This document shows positions 9,298 to 19,865 of a DNA stretch of 33,896 bases, one piece after another. The position numbers and the translations under genes are program-made. Origin of the DNA: Eremomyces bilateralis CBS 781.70 (lineage: Eukaryota); NCBI GenBank assembly GCA_010015585.1, contig ML975163.1; one strand, given 5' to 3'. Within the stretch, counting starts at the first letter, position 1. Every line of letters starts with the position of its first letter. The notes under the pieces are model-generated. The model was not told the DNA's origin. It did not search any database and saw nothing but the letters and a program-made list of their open reading frames with translations.

Positions 9298-11035
9298 AGA
9301 AGTTACAGTGGGAAAGTGCGTGGAGTGAGAGGCGGGAGGTGGGAGACTTTGGCGGGGGTGGGAGAAAATGAAGAGATGGGCCACTCATTAGCTGCGAGAT
9401 GATTCTACTGGGAATTTCACGTGAGGAACAATCGGCCGTGGGATGGAGCTGCGAAAACGGTGCACTCCAAGAACTCCGTTCTACAGTCTACTTGGTATTA
9501 GCGACCTCGACTGGCGAGCCGATACAGGCTAATGACGCTCTTTACGCCATTGCTATTGAAAGACGGCTAGCGATTGGATGTACTGTGGCGAATTTGACCG
9601 GGAAGCGACCGAATTGATTACAAAGTTGGTGGGAGACTAGAGAGAGATAGGCCTGACGAGGGCATGTTCATTTGATTTGACCGTGCATGAATTCCGCGTG
9701 GACCCTGTTCGCGTGCGTGGGTTGAAACATGAACTACTGAATCAGTGAACAGCGCTGGAAATTCCTTCGAATTTCTCAATATTAATGGTTGCGGGAGTCC
9801 TGGCTTGGTAGGGACCTAATTAGGGCATTCCTGGCGGTTTAGTAGAGTGAAGGTGGAAGTGGAAATAGAAGATGAGGTTCTGTTGAGGTTGAAGTGGATT
9901 ACCAACCATTCAACCGCCCATCTCACTATTTTTCTCCCCCGGCAGCTTTCGGTTCTCTTTAAACACGATCGGGCAATAGGGCGTCAGAGTTGCCTTGTTG
10001 TTAGATTCAGTCCTGGAATTGCCGAGTAGCGTCCATTTCTAGCCCCAGTTCTTTGTGCGCAATCGGATGAAGGAGAGTTGAACAAAGACCTCGTGGAGAC
10101 GGGACACACTTGTCCCTCAACCGGCTCACTATTTTCAGGCGTGTCGAACTTCGAAGTGAGAACTATCAGGAGGATCCCAAGTCCCTTCTCCATCATCCCA
10201 TTGTCCTCCCACGCCGCAATTCCCACCCCCTCCCCATTGGACCGGTCAATCACGGGCATATTGCCCTCCTCGACCCTCGTATTCTCCCCCCCACGTTTCC
10301 CAAGCTATGCAGCCATCGTTCCCCAGAATGCAACTCGCCAGCTCGATCGGTTGGGTCGTCTCCCGTTACCCCTCACTTCGCCATGTCGTCGTTATCAAAA
10401 GCAATATGGAGGGCTGGGGCAGCGACGGGATTGGTCGGCGGGGATTCGGGACGTGAAGAGAGGTGCTGGCGTGCAGCAGCGCGGGATGGAGCTGCATGAC
10501 ACCCGGCTGCATGGCAGGTGTGCAGGTCAAAGCGACATCGGTGCCACGTGATCTCAACCGGAAAGGAAAATAATTCGGATGCACGTGACTTGCTATACTA
10601 TCCCGTTTCTCCCCGGGTATCTCCGTGTCATCTCAACCTAAGGCCTTGTCTACCTGAAGGCCGGCAGGTTCGATAATAGCGCTGGCAGGTGGCTTTGTTT
10701 ACTTAAATAGTGGCAGATTCGTGGCAGGTTCGATATTAACGTCAGAATGGGTGTATGTCTACTTTTTCGTGGTGAAAACCTGCCGGCAGGTCCACATCCC
10801 GAAATGTGGCTTTTTAGCGCACCGCCACCTCGTATTTCGCCCAATTAGGCAAACCTGCGGCAGGTTTTTTTCTGCTCCATCGATGGACCCGATAATAACG
10901 CTCGCTGGCAGGTTCTCTGCTCCTCATTGTTATCACAATGGCCCCTCTACATCGTCCAAACCACCATCGCTGATCGGATCTACGCTACCGCCGCCGTATA
11001 CGGCAAGGGAGATACTGCATCTACATCCCAACCTG

Positions 11036-11528
11036 CCCTGCAACTACATCCCAGCCACGTGGCCTAGGAATACTGTGCTCTAATTGATCTATATCGAAAG
11101 TTCCTATAGCGCGGGCACCTGTACCACCCATTCTAGGCACCCTTACCACCCGTTTTGGGCACCCCTACCACCCTTGTTGGGCACCTCCACCACCTATTTT
11201 AGGCACTCCCCCCACCGACTTTAGACCCCCATCATCACCCATTTTAGGCACCCTCTAACATCCGTTTTCGGGCACTCCCAACCACCCGTTCTAGCGCCTG
11301 TGCCAAAACGGGAGCCGGGAGTGATAAACGGTATCCAAAATGGGTGATAGTAGGGCCTAGAATAGGTAGTGGAGGTGCCCAAAACAGGTGATGGGGGATG
11401 CCCAGAATATGTTGTAGGGGTGCCCGGAATAGGTGGTGGGGGTGCCCGCGCTGTAGTGATTTTCGAAGTATATAGACTAATCAGAGCACATTATTCCTAG
11501 GTCACGTGGCTGGGATGTAGCTGCAGGG
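11036..11528. mobile_element. Foldback/MITE-like inverted-repeat element nested in the larger element
   Basis: ~80-bp arms (ccctgcaactacatcccagccacgtggcctaggaatactgtgctc... versus ...gagcacattattcctaggtcacgtggctgggatgtagctgcaggg). Inside them are ~8 units of a ~22-bp repeat (rggcaccyytaccacccnttt, 11113-11292) and ~5 inverted units (~11337-11447). Confidence 0.75.
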
Positions 11529-11998
11529 TGGATGGCTAAGAGAGGTCAGATTGGAATTTGAAGCTATTACGCAAGTCACACATCGTGACTTGGCAACATG
11601 ACTACACAGTAAGAACCTGCAGCTTCCGAACCTGCCAGTAGGTAGACATTAGCCGTTCTGGCAGGTTTCTAATAATAGAAAAGCCAAAACGCCNNNNNNN
11701 NNNGGGATGCCCAGAATATGTTGTAGGGGTGCCCGGAATAGGTGGTGGGGGTGCCCGCGCTGTAGTGATTTTCGAAGTAGACTAATCAGAGCACAGTATT
11801 CCTAGGTCACGTGGCTGGAATGTAGCTGCAGGGTGGATGGCTAAGAGAGGTCAGATTGGAATTTGAAGCTATTACGCAAGTCACACATCGTGATTTGGCA
11901 ACATGACTACACAGTAAGAACCTGCAGCTTCCGAACCTGCCAGTAGGTAGACATTAGCCGTTCTGGCAGGTTTCTAATAATAGAAAAGCCAAAACGCC
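11395..11998. repeat. ~300-bp direct duplication (11395-11693 and 11704-11998) either side of a 10-N assembly gap
   Basis: Near-identical copies differing by a 4-bp indel and three substitutions; Ns at 11694-11703. Confidence 0.9.
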
Positions 11999-12422
11999 TA
12001 CCTGGCCCCTGCTTCTTAAACCTGCCAGCTACGAAGTAGACAAGCCCCAATGCTTCATGATTCATCCAACTCTCTCCATGGACACAAACCTCGTGTCAGT
12101 AAGATAGTATCATGAACCATCGGTCATGGATTGAAATCACTGTCAATGTTCCGATCACCAAATGAAAAGTAGGCTCATTAATGGGTAAGTCAACCTCCAC
12201 ACCACACGTTCATGTGGTCGGTAGCATTATCCCTGCTTTCTTGTCGAGGTCCAATATGTTTCATGGCTCTATTCGGTCATTCTTCCCTAAAGTCATCGCA
12301 GTCCAGTCAAATCTCAAGTTTGTGGCTCATGTCGTCCTTCATTGCAGCTATTGCCGTCCAGTCAAGCCTCAAAATTGGTTTCGAGTTGCCTTTCGTTGGA
12401 GTCATCGCAGTCCAGATAATGA

Positions 12423-13424
12423 TCATGAGATTTCAGATCCCCCCGGTATATGTAACGGTCTCCGTCCGTACACAATCCGCAGATTTAGAGAGAGCTCATT
12501 CTCCGGATCTTCCAATTCTTTCCGTATTCCGTTCAAAATATGCTGCGATGCCTCCTCCGACAATGCTAGTATTCTGGAGTATATCTCCATCGCCGGCTCG
12601 AGTTTTTTCACAAACATTGGTGTCAATAGCATGCTAGGACCTCGCATTTTTGGCTCGGGACTCCACGCCCCGCTGGGAATCTAGGAAGCAAGTATCAGCG
12701 TCCGCTATTATCATCATTTTAAGTGTTTTCTTCTCCAATCCTTCTCCGATCCAGAATCTCGCGTGTTGCTCATACATACCGGGATGCGTTCCAACGTCAC
12801 ATCCTCAAATCCCGCAAGCTCCATAATCTGCTTAGGTAACCTGCCTAAATTCGCCCAGCTGTCTATCCTCTCCAACCCGGCCTCAATCAAACCATTCCAC
12901 GTGGCCAGAAATGGCGCTTTCGTCAACAAGACGTCAGCCTCCGACCTCACCTTACACTCAAACTCAGAACACTCCCACCAACCCCCGGGCTTCAAACCAT
13001 CCAGCACCAGCTTTTGCAACATCCTCCAGTTCCTAACCGACCCCTCCAGGTCCATCCCATGCACAAAATCATACTGCTTGTCTTCCGCCCACACCCACGC
13101 CCCATCGGCGGGAGCCTCCACAGACCGCACGCCTTCCATGTCCGGCAGTGGATTCGTATCTACCACAAACACGTTCACGGAAGGGCGAGCGCCGCGCATC
13201 TCCGCACCCCACCACATCAAACCCGGATTGATGTCCAGCACCCGGAACTCCGGATCCGTTCCGGTCGGCTGCCCCGTGATCGGCGAGCGGTACAACCTGT
13301 AGCCCATCACGTAGAACACTAACCAGTACCTCGCCTGGATGAACTCTGGCTGGGTTTCGATGGGGGGAAGCGGATACATGTCGGGGTCTGCGAGCGCTCG
13401 CAAGCCGAGGGGGACTGTCCCCAT
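12423..13424 (-). CDS. Divergent LaeA-like (Methyltransf_23-type) SAM-dependent methyltransferase homolog; exons 13424-12780 and 12680-12423; 5' end uncertain (may extend to ~13764)
   Basis: YPLP...LYRSPI...RVLD...YDFVHGMDLEGSVRNW...LKPGGWWECSE...AGFEDV. Intron 12779-12681 (GTATGT..GCTGAT..TAG) leads into IPSGAWSPEPK...SRILALSEE...IRKELEDP...IVYGRRP, matching the family C-terminus. Confidence 0.75.
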
Positions 13425-16400
13425 GGCGGAGGCGATTAGAACTCCTCCCGATGATGACCAATAGTGCGGGGATGCTTCACCAGGTACGGCCGGGATAAAT
13501 CGCGGGGGGTTGACTTGTGGGCGACGGCGGCGCCGGAAACGGCCCGCGGGTTGAGAGGGGGCGGACGGGTGGGAGAGCGGCTGCGGCCAAGCGAACGGGA
13601 AGCGGATGACGAGGCGGTGTTGGAGCGGAGCCGGTAACGGGGTGCTTGGGGAGATGCCGTTCTCCTGTTGATGGGTGTGAAGCTGCTTGCGTCGTTTCGA
13701 CGTGAAGACCTGGTCCTCCTGGGTTGGAGCGACACTCCGTTGCTGCGGTCCTCGGGTCTGCCATGCTGATGATGTGGGGTAATGGGGAGTATGACTAGAA
13801 ATATGGTGCCGTTACTAATGTATGAATAGGTTTGCGATGATGTTGAATTCCGGAGTTTGGGTAGATGAGGTCGGGCGTCAAGGGTAATTGCCGGCACGAA
13901 TTTTGATCGCGCTTGCCCTCCTCGCCATCGCGCTCTCCTCTACAGATATCAACTCCCAGCAAGTCCCAGTTCTATTTTCTTCAGATATCGCATCATCAGT
14001 CCTGTTTGTCACCACGCGTTTTCATACTATTAGTCATATTTCAAACTCCTGTATCTCGTTTGCTCAAGCGCAGAGTCATTCACCTTTTCCAGTCAAGCAC
14101 CGTATATATATCTCCTTCTTTCAGAATTCTGAACCTAGTTCGGTCAGTATATTTATCTCCTTGAATCGCAGTATATCGTAATAGTAGTTTTAATCCTCAA
14201 ATTCTTGAATTATATCGTTTTAGAAAGCGCCCAGCGTCGCCCAAAACCCAATACATTGCTCGCTATCGAATTGTTAATGCATCCTCTTTTGCTGCGGAGG
14301 TCTTAGCGCTTGCGACGACCAAGACTTCTTACAGCCTTGTTTGGATCCACTGTCGGTTGCTAAAGAAGACGACACTGTCGACATGGGAGACCACCTCTGC
14401 TTTCTCAAGCCGGAGTGGGAAAGCATCCGGAGTGCCAATACATCAGTCGTGCGTTGCCCCAAGTATACAAATCTTAAGTACCAAAACCGCTCTGTCTATA
14501 TGTCTTCCACTGCGGCTGCTCACAAAGCGGTTGAAAAATCCCTCACATCTCAGATCACCTACGATCCCACGTATGGAGACCATTTCTTCCCCATACCACC
14601 TTCGCAATGCGATTAACTTCCTTCAACAACATGAGCATGACTCAGTCCAGGTTAACAACGGCCTTTCAAAGTTCCAGCACGCGAGGATCAGCTGAAGCAG
14701 ACGATGAAACACCTGTCAAGCATCCAACCACCATCTTCGAGCTCGCACGTCGAACGACTGAACTACTGAATTCTCGGCGGTAGTCCGGCTGAACCACATT
14801 GAGTATACCAACTCAGGCATTGCGACCATTGAATCTGAAGCGGACGACCCCGGGTAGAATCCCTTTATATCTCTCTCCCTGCCCTCTGCGCGCGTCTCTG
14901 AGTATTTTTCCGTTTCCGCCCTCTCGCTGCATTGGCTCGCCGAAGTCGCCGAGGGCAGATGGAATCGTACCCACGGCGATAGAAAGTCGACCGGGATCGG
15001 ACGCATTTAGAAGCGGTTGCATGCTTTTTGACTTCTCATTTCCTGATATATCGTTCTTTCGCCTTTTTATCATTAAATACACCTTGATACTCTAGAATAT
15101 TCCACTTGTTGAGCGGTAGTCTTCACGTTGAAGCATACGCTTGGCTTAGAGGAGCGGCTGTTGTGCCGGTTGATTTCTCACGCTTCCTTAGAAACCAGAT
15201 ACAGTACCTGATGCGATTGATACTGCAAAGGTGAGGTTATGTATGTCTATCGACATCGTTCGGAACAGATTGTCTGACGCGTCCCAATGGTGGTCTTCAC
15301 TAGGCTGCATTTCAGTGGAAGACGGTAGTATATTCTTTAGTGCGGAGATGGAGGCTGGAGGGTACTGCGGGTCTGCAATCCGCTCGGTGCGAGACCGCAC
15401 CGTATACTATTTCATTTCCAGAACTCCACAACGTTGAGCTCTTATTGCTACATCACCTGCCGGCGCATACGCACCCGTTCGAGAGTTGCCGCATCACATT
15501 TGGTAATGAACGGCAACGAGAATCATGGTATGGGCCACAACGACTTCTACTTCTCTTACCTCTGCGGCTGCATTCAATTTCGACAGCCGATTTCCTGTCC
15601 GGCCCTACTAGAGCAAGATATCTTGGTGGTAATTGTCCCTTTTCGGAATTTCGAAGCACGGAAGGGAACTCGGACAAACACCCCTGCCACGGGAGCTAAG
15701 AGGCAGAACCTAGATTAGTATACACTCGACGCAGACGACACTACATGTCGGCTTTGTGAACATCTGGCTGCGTGTGGCGGCCGTCCTCGTAGCGATGACC
15801 CCGCTAGTCATCGCGAGTTGGAAGCTGAAGAAAGAGGAGGTGAGGGAAAAGGAGGATACGGCGGAGGGGGAGATAAAGAGGTGGGAGGAGGGATAGTGGA
15901 GAGGAGATTATGATGAAACAGGAGGGGCAGGTGGAGGGGACCTAGCCATCATCTGTGGCCTGCTCCCCTGCGGTTCCGCCAGAGAACACGGCAAGGCCGG
16001 CATCCTCCCAATTCATTGAACGGGGTCATCCCGTTCCAGGTAGTGGAGGTGCCGACCACCGCCCAGGGCTTTCGACGTTTCGCTGTCAGAATCTCTTGGT
16101 TTTACTGGGGAATTCCCCAGTCGAGCTCAAACGATCTAGCTTCTTCTCAGTGCATTTACTGTGTCTGCTGGCTTGCTACTTTTATGTATCATCCGAAACT
16201 TCGTCCCCGAATTCCGATTGTGTAGAACGTCAATTATTTGCGGGTTTTCGTTTCACATTGGTAGAATCCCGCTTATTCCTGTCGATTTTCGCTGGGTGTG
16301 TTTCCCGGCTGTACAACTGGCCTTGTACCCCTATATCAGTAGCATCCCCTATCGTTATTTGTGTTGTCGGAGTCAGCAATTCATGAGAGCAAGAGGGCAG

Positions 16401-16429
16401 ACGCAATCTATCTACTCTCTTTCAAGTCC

Positions 16430-17140
16430 CGACTCCAATGCCGACAGTCAATGTAATATACACTCTTCTTCCTACTTCTCAGTCGCTTTCGCATCTTCAC
16501 CATCTATCCCCACACCACCACCTCTCTCGGAGCAGTTCTGGGACAAGGCCAAAAAGAACTATGCGCGCCATGCTACGAGATAGATGCTATTGCGACGTCT
16601 AAACCGGGCCCTCCGCTCCCACCAACACCTACGGCTGGTTCGTGCTAGTTATGGTTCACATTGGGTCCATTGTTGCCGTGGTTGAGGGAATCCCCGCTCG
16701 TTACAAGGGGGTAAAAAGGGGGGCAGAGAATTGAAGGCGCTGGCTCCAGCGCCAGGGATGGTAGAAGGGGGGAAGAGGGATATAGAAGAGGGCAATGCCA
16801 GAGGGGACGGCATTCCCCTGATCGACCTGGCTGCTTCCGCTGCCGCCGCCCCTACAGCCATAACCTACGCCCACGCCGCCGAGAGAGGTCCTGCTCATTG
16901 GCAAGCATGCGCTGAGCAGTGACTTGGATGCCATGGAGCCGGCATTCAAAGAAGGTGTCGAGGATCCGGAGAAGCTCAACCCGGAGGCTCGTAAGTCTCT
17001 TCGTCGCCTTGACAAAGAGACTTTAGACAAGTCGACCGTTCGAACCTATCGCGAATAACTCGTGCATCTTAATCATACTCACTACCGAACCGCGCTGAGA
17101 AGTGCCAAGTCAGAATTAGACATGGTGAATTCGCATTAGC
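16430..17140 (+). pseudogene. Possible decayed gene for a small single-pass membrane protein
   Basis: Protein-like segments in shifting frames: TYGWFVLVMVHIGSIVAVV, KRDIEEGNARGDGIPLIDLA, PREVLLIGKHALSSDLDAMEPAFKEG...TYRE*LVHLNHTHYRTALRSAKSELDMVNSH*. No family recognised. Confidence 0.25.
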
Positions 17141-18568
17141 GAGTCATACTTTAGCAACGATGTATTCAGTCATTTCAGCGGATCCATTGGATAATAGATG
17201 GGATACGGTCTTCTCATAAAGGCAGGGGATATGGATTTTACGGCGTGTTTTCGGAGCGTCTTCACTGACGCAACAATCGAAACCAAACTGTGAGTGCGAA
17301 ATACAAGGTATTGGTCGCAGTCGATGGAGGTGATTTTCTGGCTCTGTTGATACCGAGGCGCCGCTCCTCCTCTCAGGTGTTCAATCCGCCCCGAGTATTC
17401 TCTGGGGCGGTTATGAGGGTGGTCACATATCCCATAGTCAGACAAGAAGCCATTCTGGCTTGCCGTCAAGGAGATCGCATACGCTGTCTCAACATGTCTG
17501 CCCAAGACACTCTTTGGGTTCAGGGGCATTCATCTGTTCCGAAGCTATTCCTGCTTCAAATTATTTTCATGGAGACTTCCGTTCTCGAGTCCCATCGTCT
17601 AATACTTTATATATATCACAATCAGTTATACTACTATGCGTATGATAGATCAGACGTCTGCGGACCTGAATGCCTTGTGGATTTTGTAGCCTGGTAGCTC
17701 CGCGACACCAGGACACATAACGCCTCGCACACCAGATGATTAGATTCCTCCCTCATAGCAAAAAATTCTGTGTTTGCCTCGGAGATTCCCTACAGTGAGA
17801 CTATTACAGTGCCCAAACAATCTGCGAGTCCTAATTCTTCGTGTTTTAAAGTTATTCATTCAATTTTTCACACTGCAGCAAGGGCTGGACACGAATATGG
17901 ATAAGGATTTCGGCTAGTTATTCGTATTCGGTGCGATTGGAGAGCGACTGATTTCGCAAGAGCAACATCAACAACGAACATGCTACCCCATCTTTCTACA
18001 GATCTTCCATGATCTCGGTATATCCCTTCCGCTCAATTCCCACAAGGTGGTAGCCCGTCGACTTGAGGTAGAATTCGGTTTATGCCGGGAACAACTAATT
18101 GACGAGCTGGATCATATATGCGAAACCATTGCGCTCTCGTTGGGCCCCTGGACTAGCCAGAATGCTAAAGCTATGTTGGGAGTCCTTGGTGTCCTAGGGA
18201 AGGGGGCGGGGGGTAGAACTGCAAACCATCCATGTGTGAGCAAGTGTGGTAAGGTAGTAGAGGGGAGAGTTGAATATCTCACGCACAAAGGGGCGAGGGG
18301 ATTTCCTCTTTCCTTTAGTTTAGATGATGGAACTTGGTAATCGCAGACCTTGCGCATCCAGACCGCGTCAGTCGTCGCGATTTGAAATTTCTATAGTTAT
18401 GAATTCAGTCAATTTAGTCACTTAGAGACAAAAACCGGTCTCAGGAGCAGAAAAGCACGGTGTTGACAATCGTGGATGCAAAGACACTTTTACCCATCTT
18501 TACAGCGGAGTCCGCTGGGGACTGCTGTATCTGCTTCTGGCCAGCGGAGAAGCCGGTGAGTCCGTAGC

Positions 18569-19865
18569 GCGGATGAATACGGCATCAAGAGATCAACGCT
18601 TCGCTCCCGACTGAATGGCTCAATATCCCACCAGGATGGAGCTAAAAGGTTTCAAAAATTGTCTCCAGGTCAGGAGAAATGGCTCGTCGAGTGGATTATA
18701 GAAGAAGATGTCGCTGCTAGGGCTCCTTCGCACGCAAGAGTCCGTCAAATGGCAGAAGCAATCGCCAGAGAAAGTGGAGATGACACCCCTTGCGGCAACC
18801 ATTGGTCCGAGGGCTTTATACGACGAAATCCCGAAGTAAAAACCATGGTAGGGCGATCGATCGAGGCCTCTCGCGTAAATTGCGCATCGAAAGAAGTTAT
18901 CCAGGAGTTCTTTGAGACCTATCGACGCGTTTGTACGAATTACAATATCAAAATCGCTAACCAATGAAATTTCGATGAACATGGACTCTCCCTTCGATGC
19001 GGGACCAACGGAAGAGTAATCGCCCCTGCTCGGACTTCGTCCAAAGGACGTAAAAAAGGCCATACGTACGTCAAATCACCAGAGGATCGCGAATGGGTCT
19101 CGGTGCTTGAGGCTATCTCCGCGGCCGGCCGCACAATCTCCCCCCTGATCATTTTCAAAGGAAAATCGGTCCAATCTTCATGGTTTCCACCATAGGAGGA
19201 ATATATACCAAACTGGCACTACACGAGCTCTGAAAACGCGTGGACTTCTAACGAAATCGGCCTTCAATGGGTGGAAAAGAAGTTCTTGCCCGAGAGCAAG
19301 CCCCTAGACTTCGCCGCGGACGAATGGCGACTTTTAGTGCGCGATGGACACGGTTCTCACGCCACGGTAGAGATCATGAAGTTAGCCAAGGAAAACCGAG
19401 TATATCTTTTGTTTTTGCCCGCTCACACGTCCTACTTCCTGCAGCCCCTGGATGTTTCGGTTTTTTCGCCCCTGAAGTCAAAATACTGCAAAGAATTGAG
19501 TCAATTGTCATCTCTTGACGACTCTGCGCCTGTAAAGAAGCATAACTTTATTTCTATATATCATAAATCACGAATACAGGCTCTGAATATACATAATATC
19601 CGTGCGGGATTCCGTGGCACCGGCATGGTTCCGTACAACCCCGAAAAAGTCCTGAACAGCACCCAATTGAACGAGAATCGCGTAATACAACGTCCTATTA
19701 CCCCTGAGCCTACTTTTCCTACATTGTTTCATACGCCAAAAGGGCCCCAAGACGTATGTCTCCAAAAATATGATGGGATGGGGGGAGGGATTTTCGGGGC
19801 TTTCAGGGGAAAGTTGCGAAGGGGTGCACGAAAACAGGGGTGCACGAAAATGGGGCCCGCTGACT
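18569..19865 (+). mobile_element. Fot1/pogo-family (Tc1/mariner) transposon relic: 5'-truncated, internally deleted transposase pseudogene plus right TIR
   Basis: One frame encodes the HTH/CENP-B region (YGIKRSTLRSRLNG, QKLSPGQEKWLVEWI, GNHWSEGFIRRNP) and the DDE_1 core (NFDEHG, EWVSVLEAISAAG, PLIIFKG, SENAWTSNEIG, DGHGSH, LPAHTSYFLQPLDV). In-frame stops at 18965 (TGA) and 19193 (TAG). Right TIR ~19821-19865 carries GGGGTGCACGAAAA twice and ends GCTGACT followed by TA. Confidence 0.92.

Larger units (their letters stand above)
10642..12047. mobile_element. Non-autonomous TIR element (PIF/Harbinger-Tourist-like ends), composite, spanning an N gap
   Basis: Left end GGCCTTGTCTAC (10642-10653); right end GTAGACAAGCCC (12036-12047, reverse complement GGGCTTGTCTAC). 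Imperfect inverted homology continues ~55 bp. Flanks are TAA (10639-10641) and CAA (12048-12050). More than 10 dispersed GGCAGGT/ACCTGCC motifs. No credible ORF. Confidence 0.65.

Noticed and set aside
9984..10584. Overlapping ORFs of 70-157 aa upstream of metR
   Set aside because: No domain signature or consistent splice structure.
11113..11447. CRISPR-like array
   Set aside because: Eukaryotic context; degenerate tandem units without unique spacers, arranged as inverted arms; no cas genes.
14813..15400. Same-frame minus-strand ORFs joined across three stops as one pseudogene
   Set aside because: No recognisable family in the joined translation; could be chance.
17170..17560. Ankyrin-like fragment (LTASQNG)
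   Set aside because: A single partial motif without TPLH or 33-aa periodicity.
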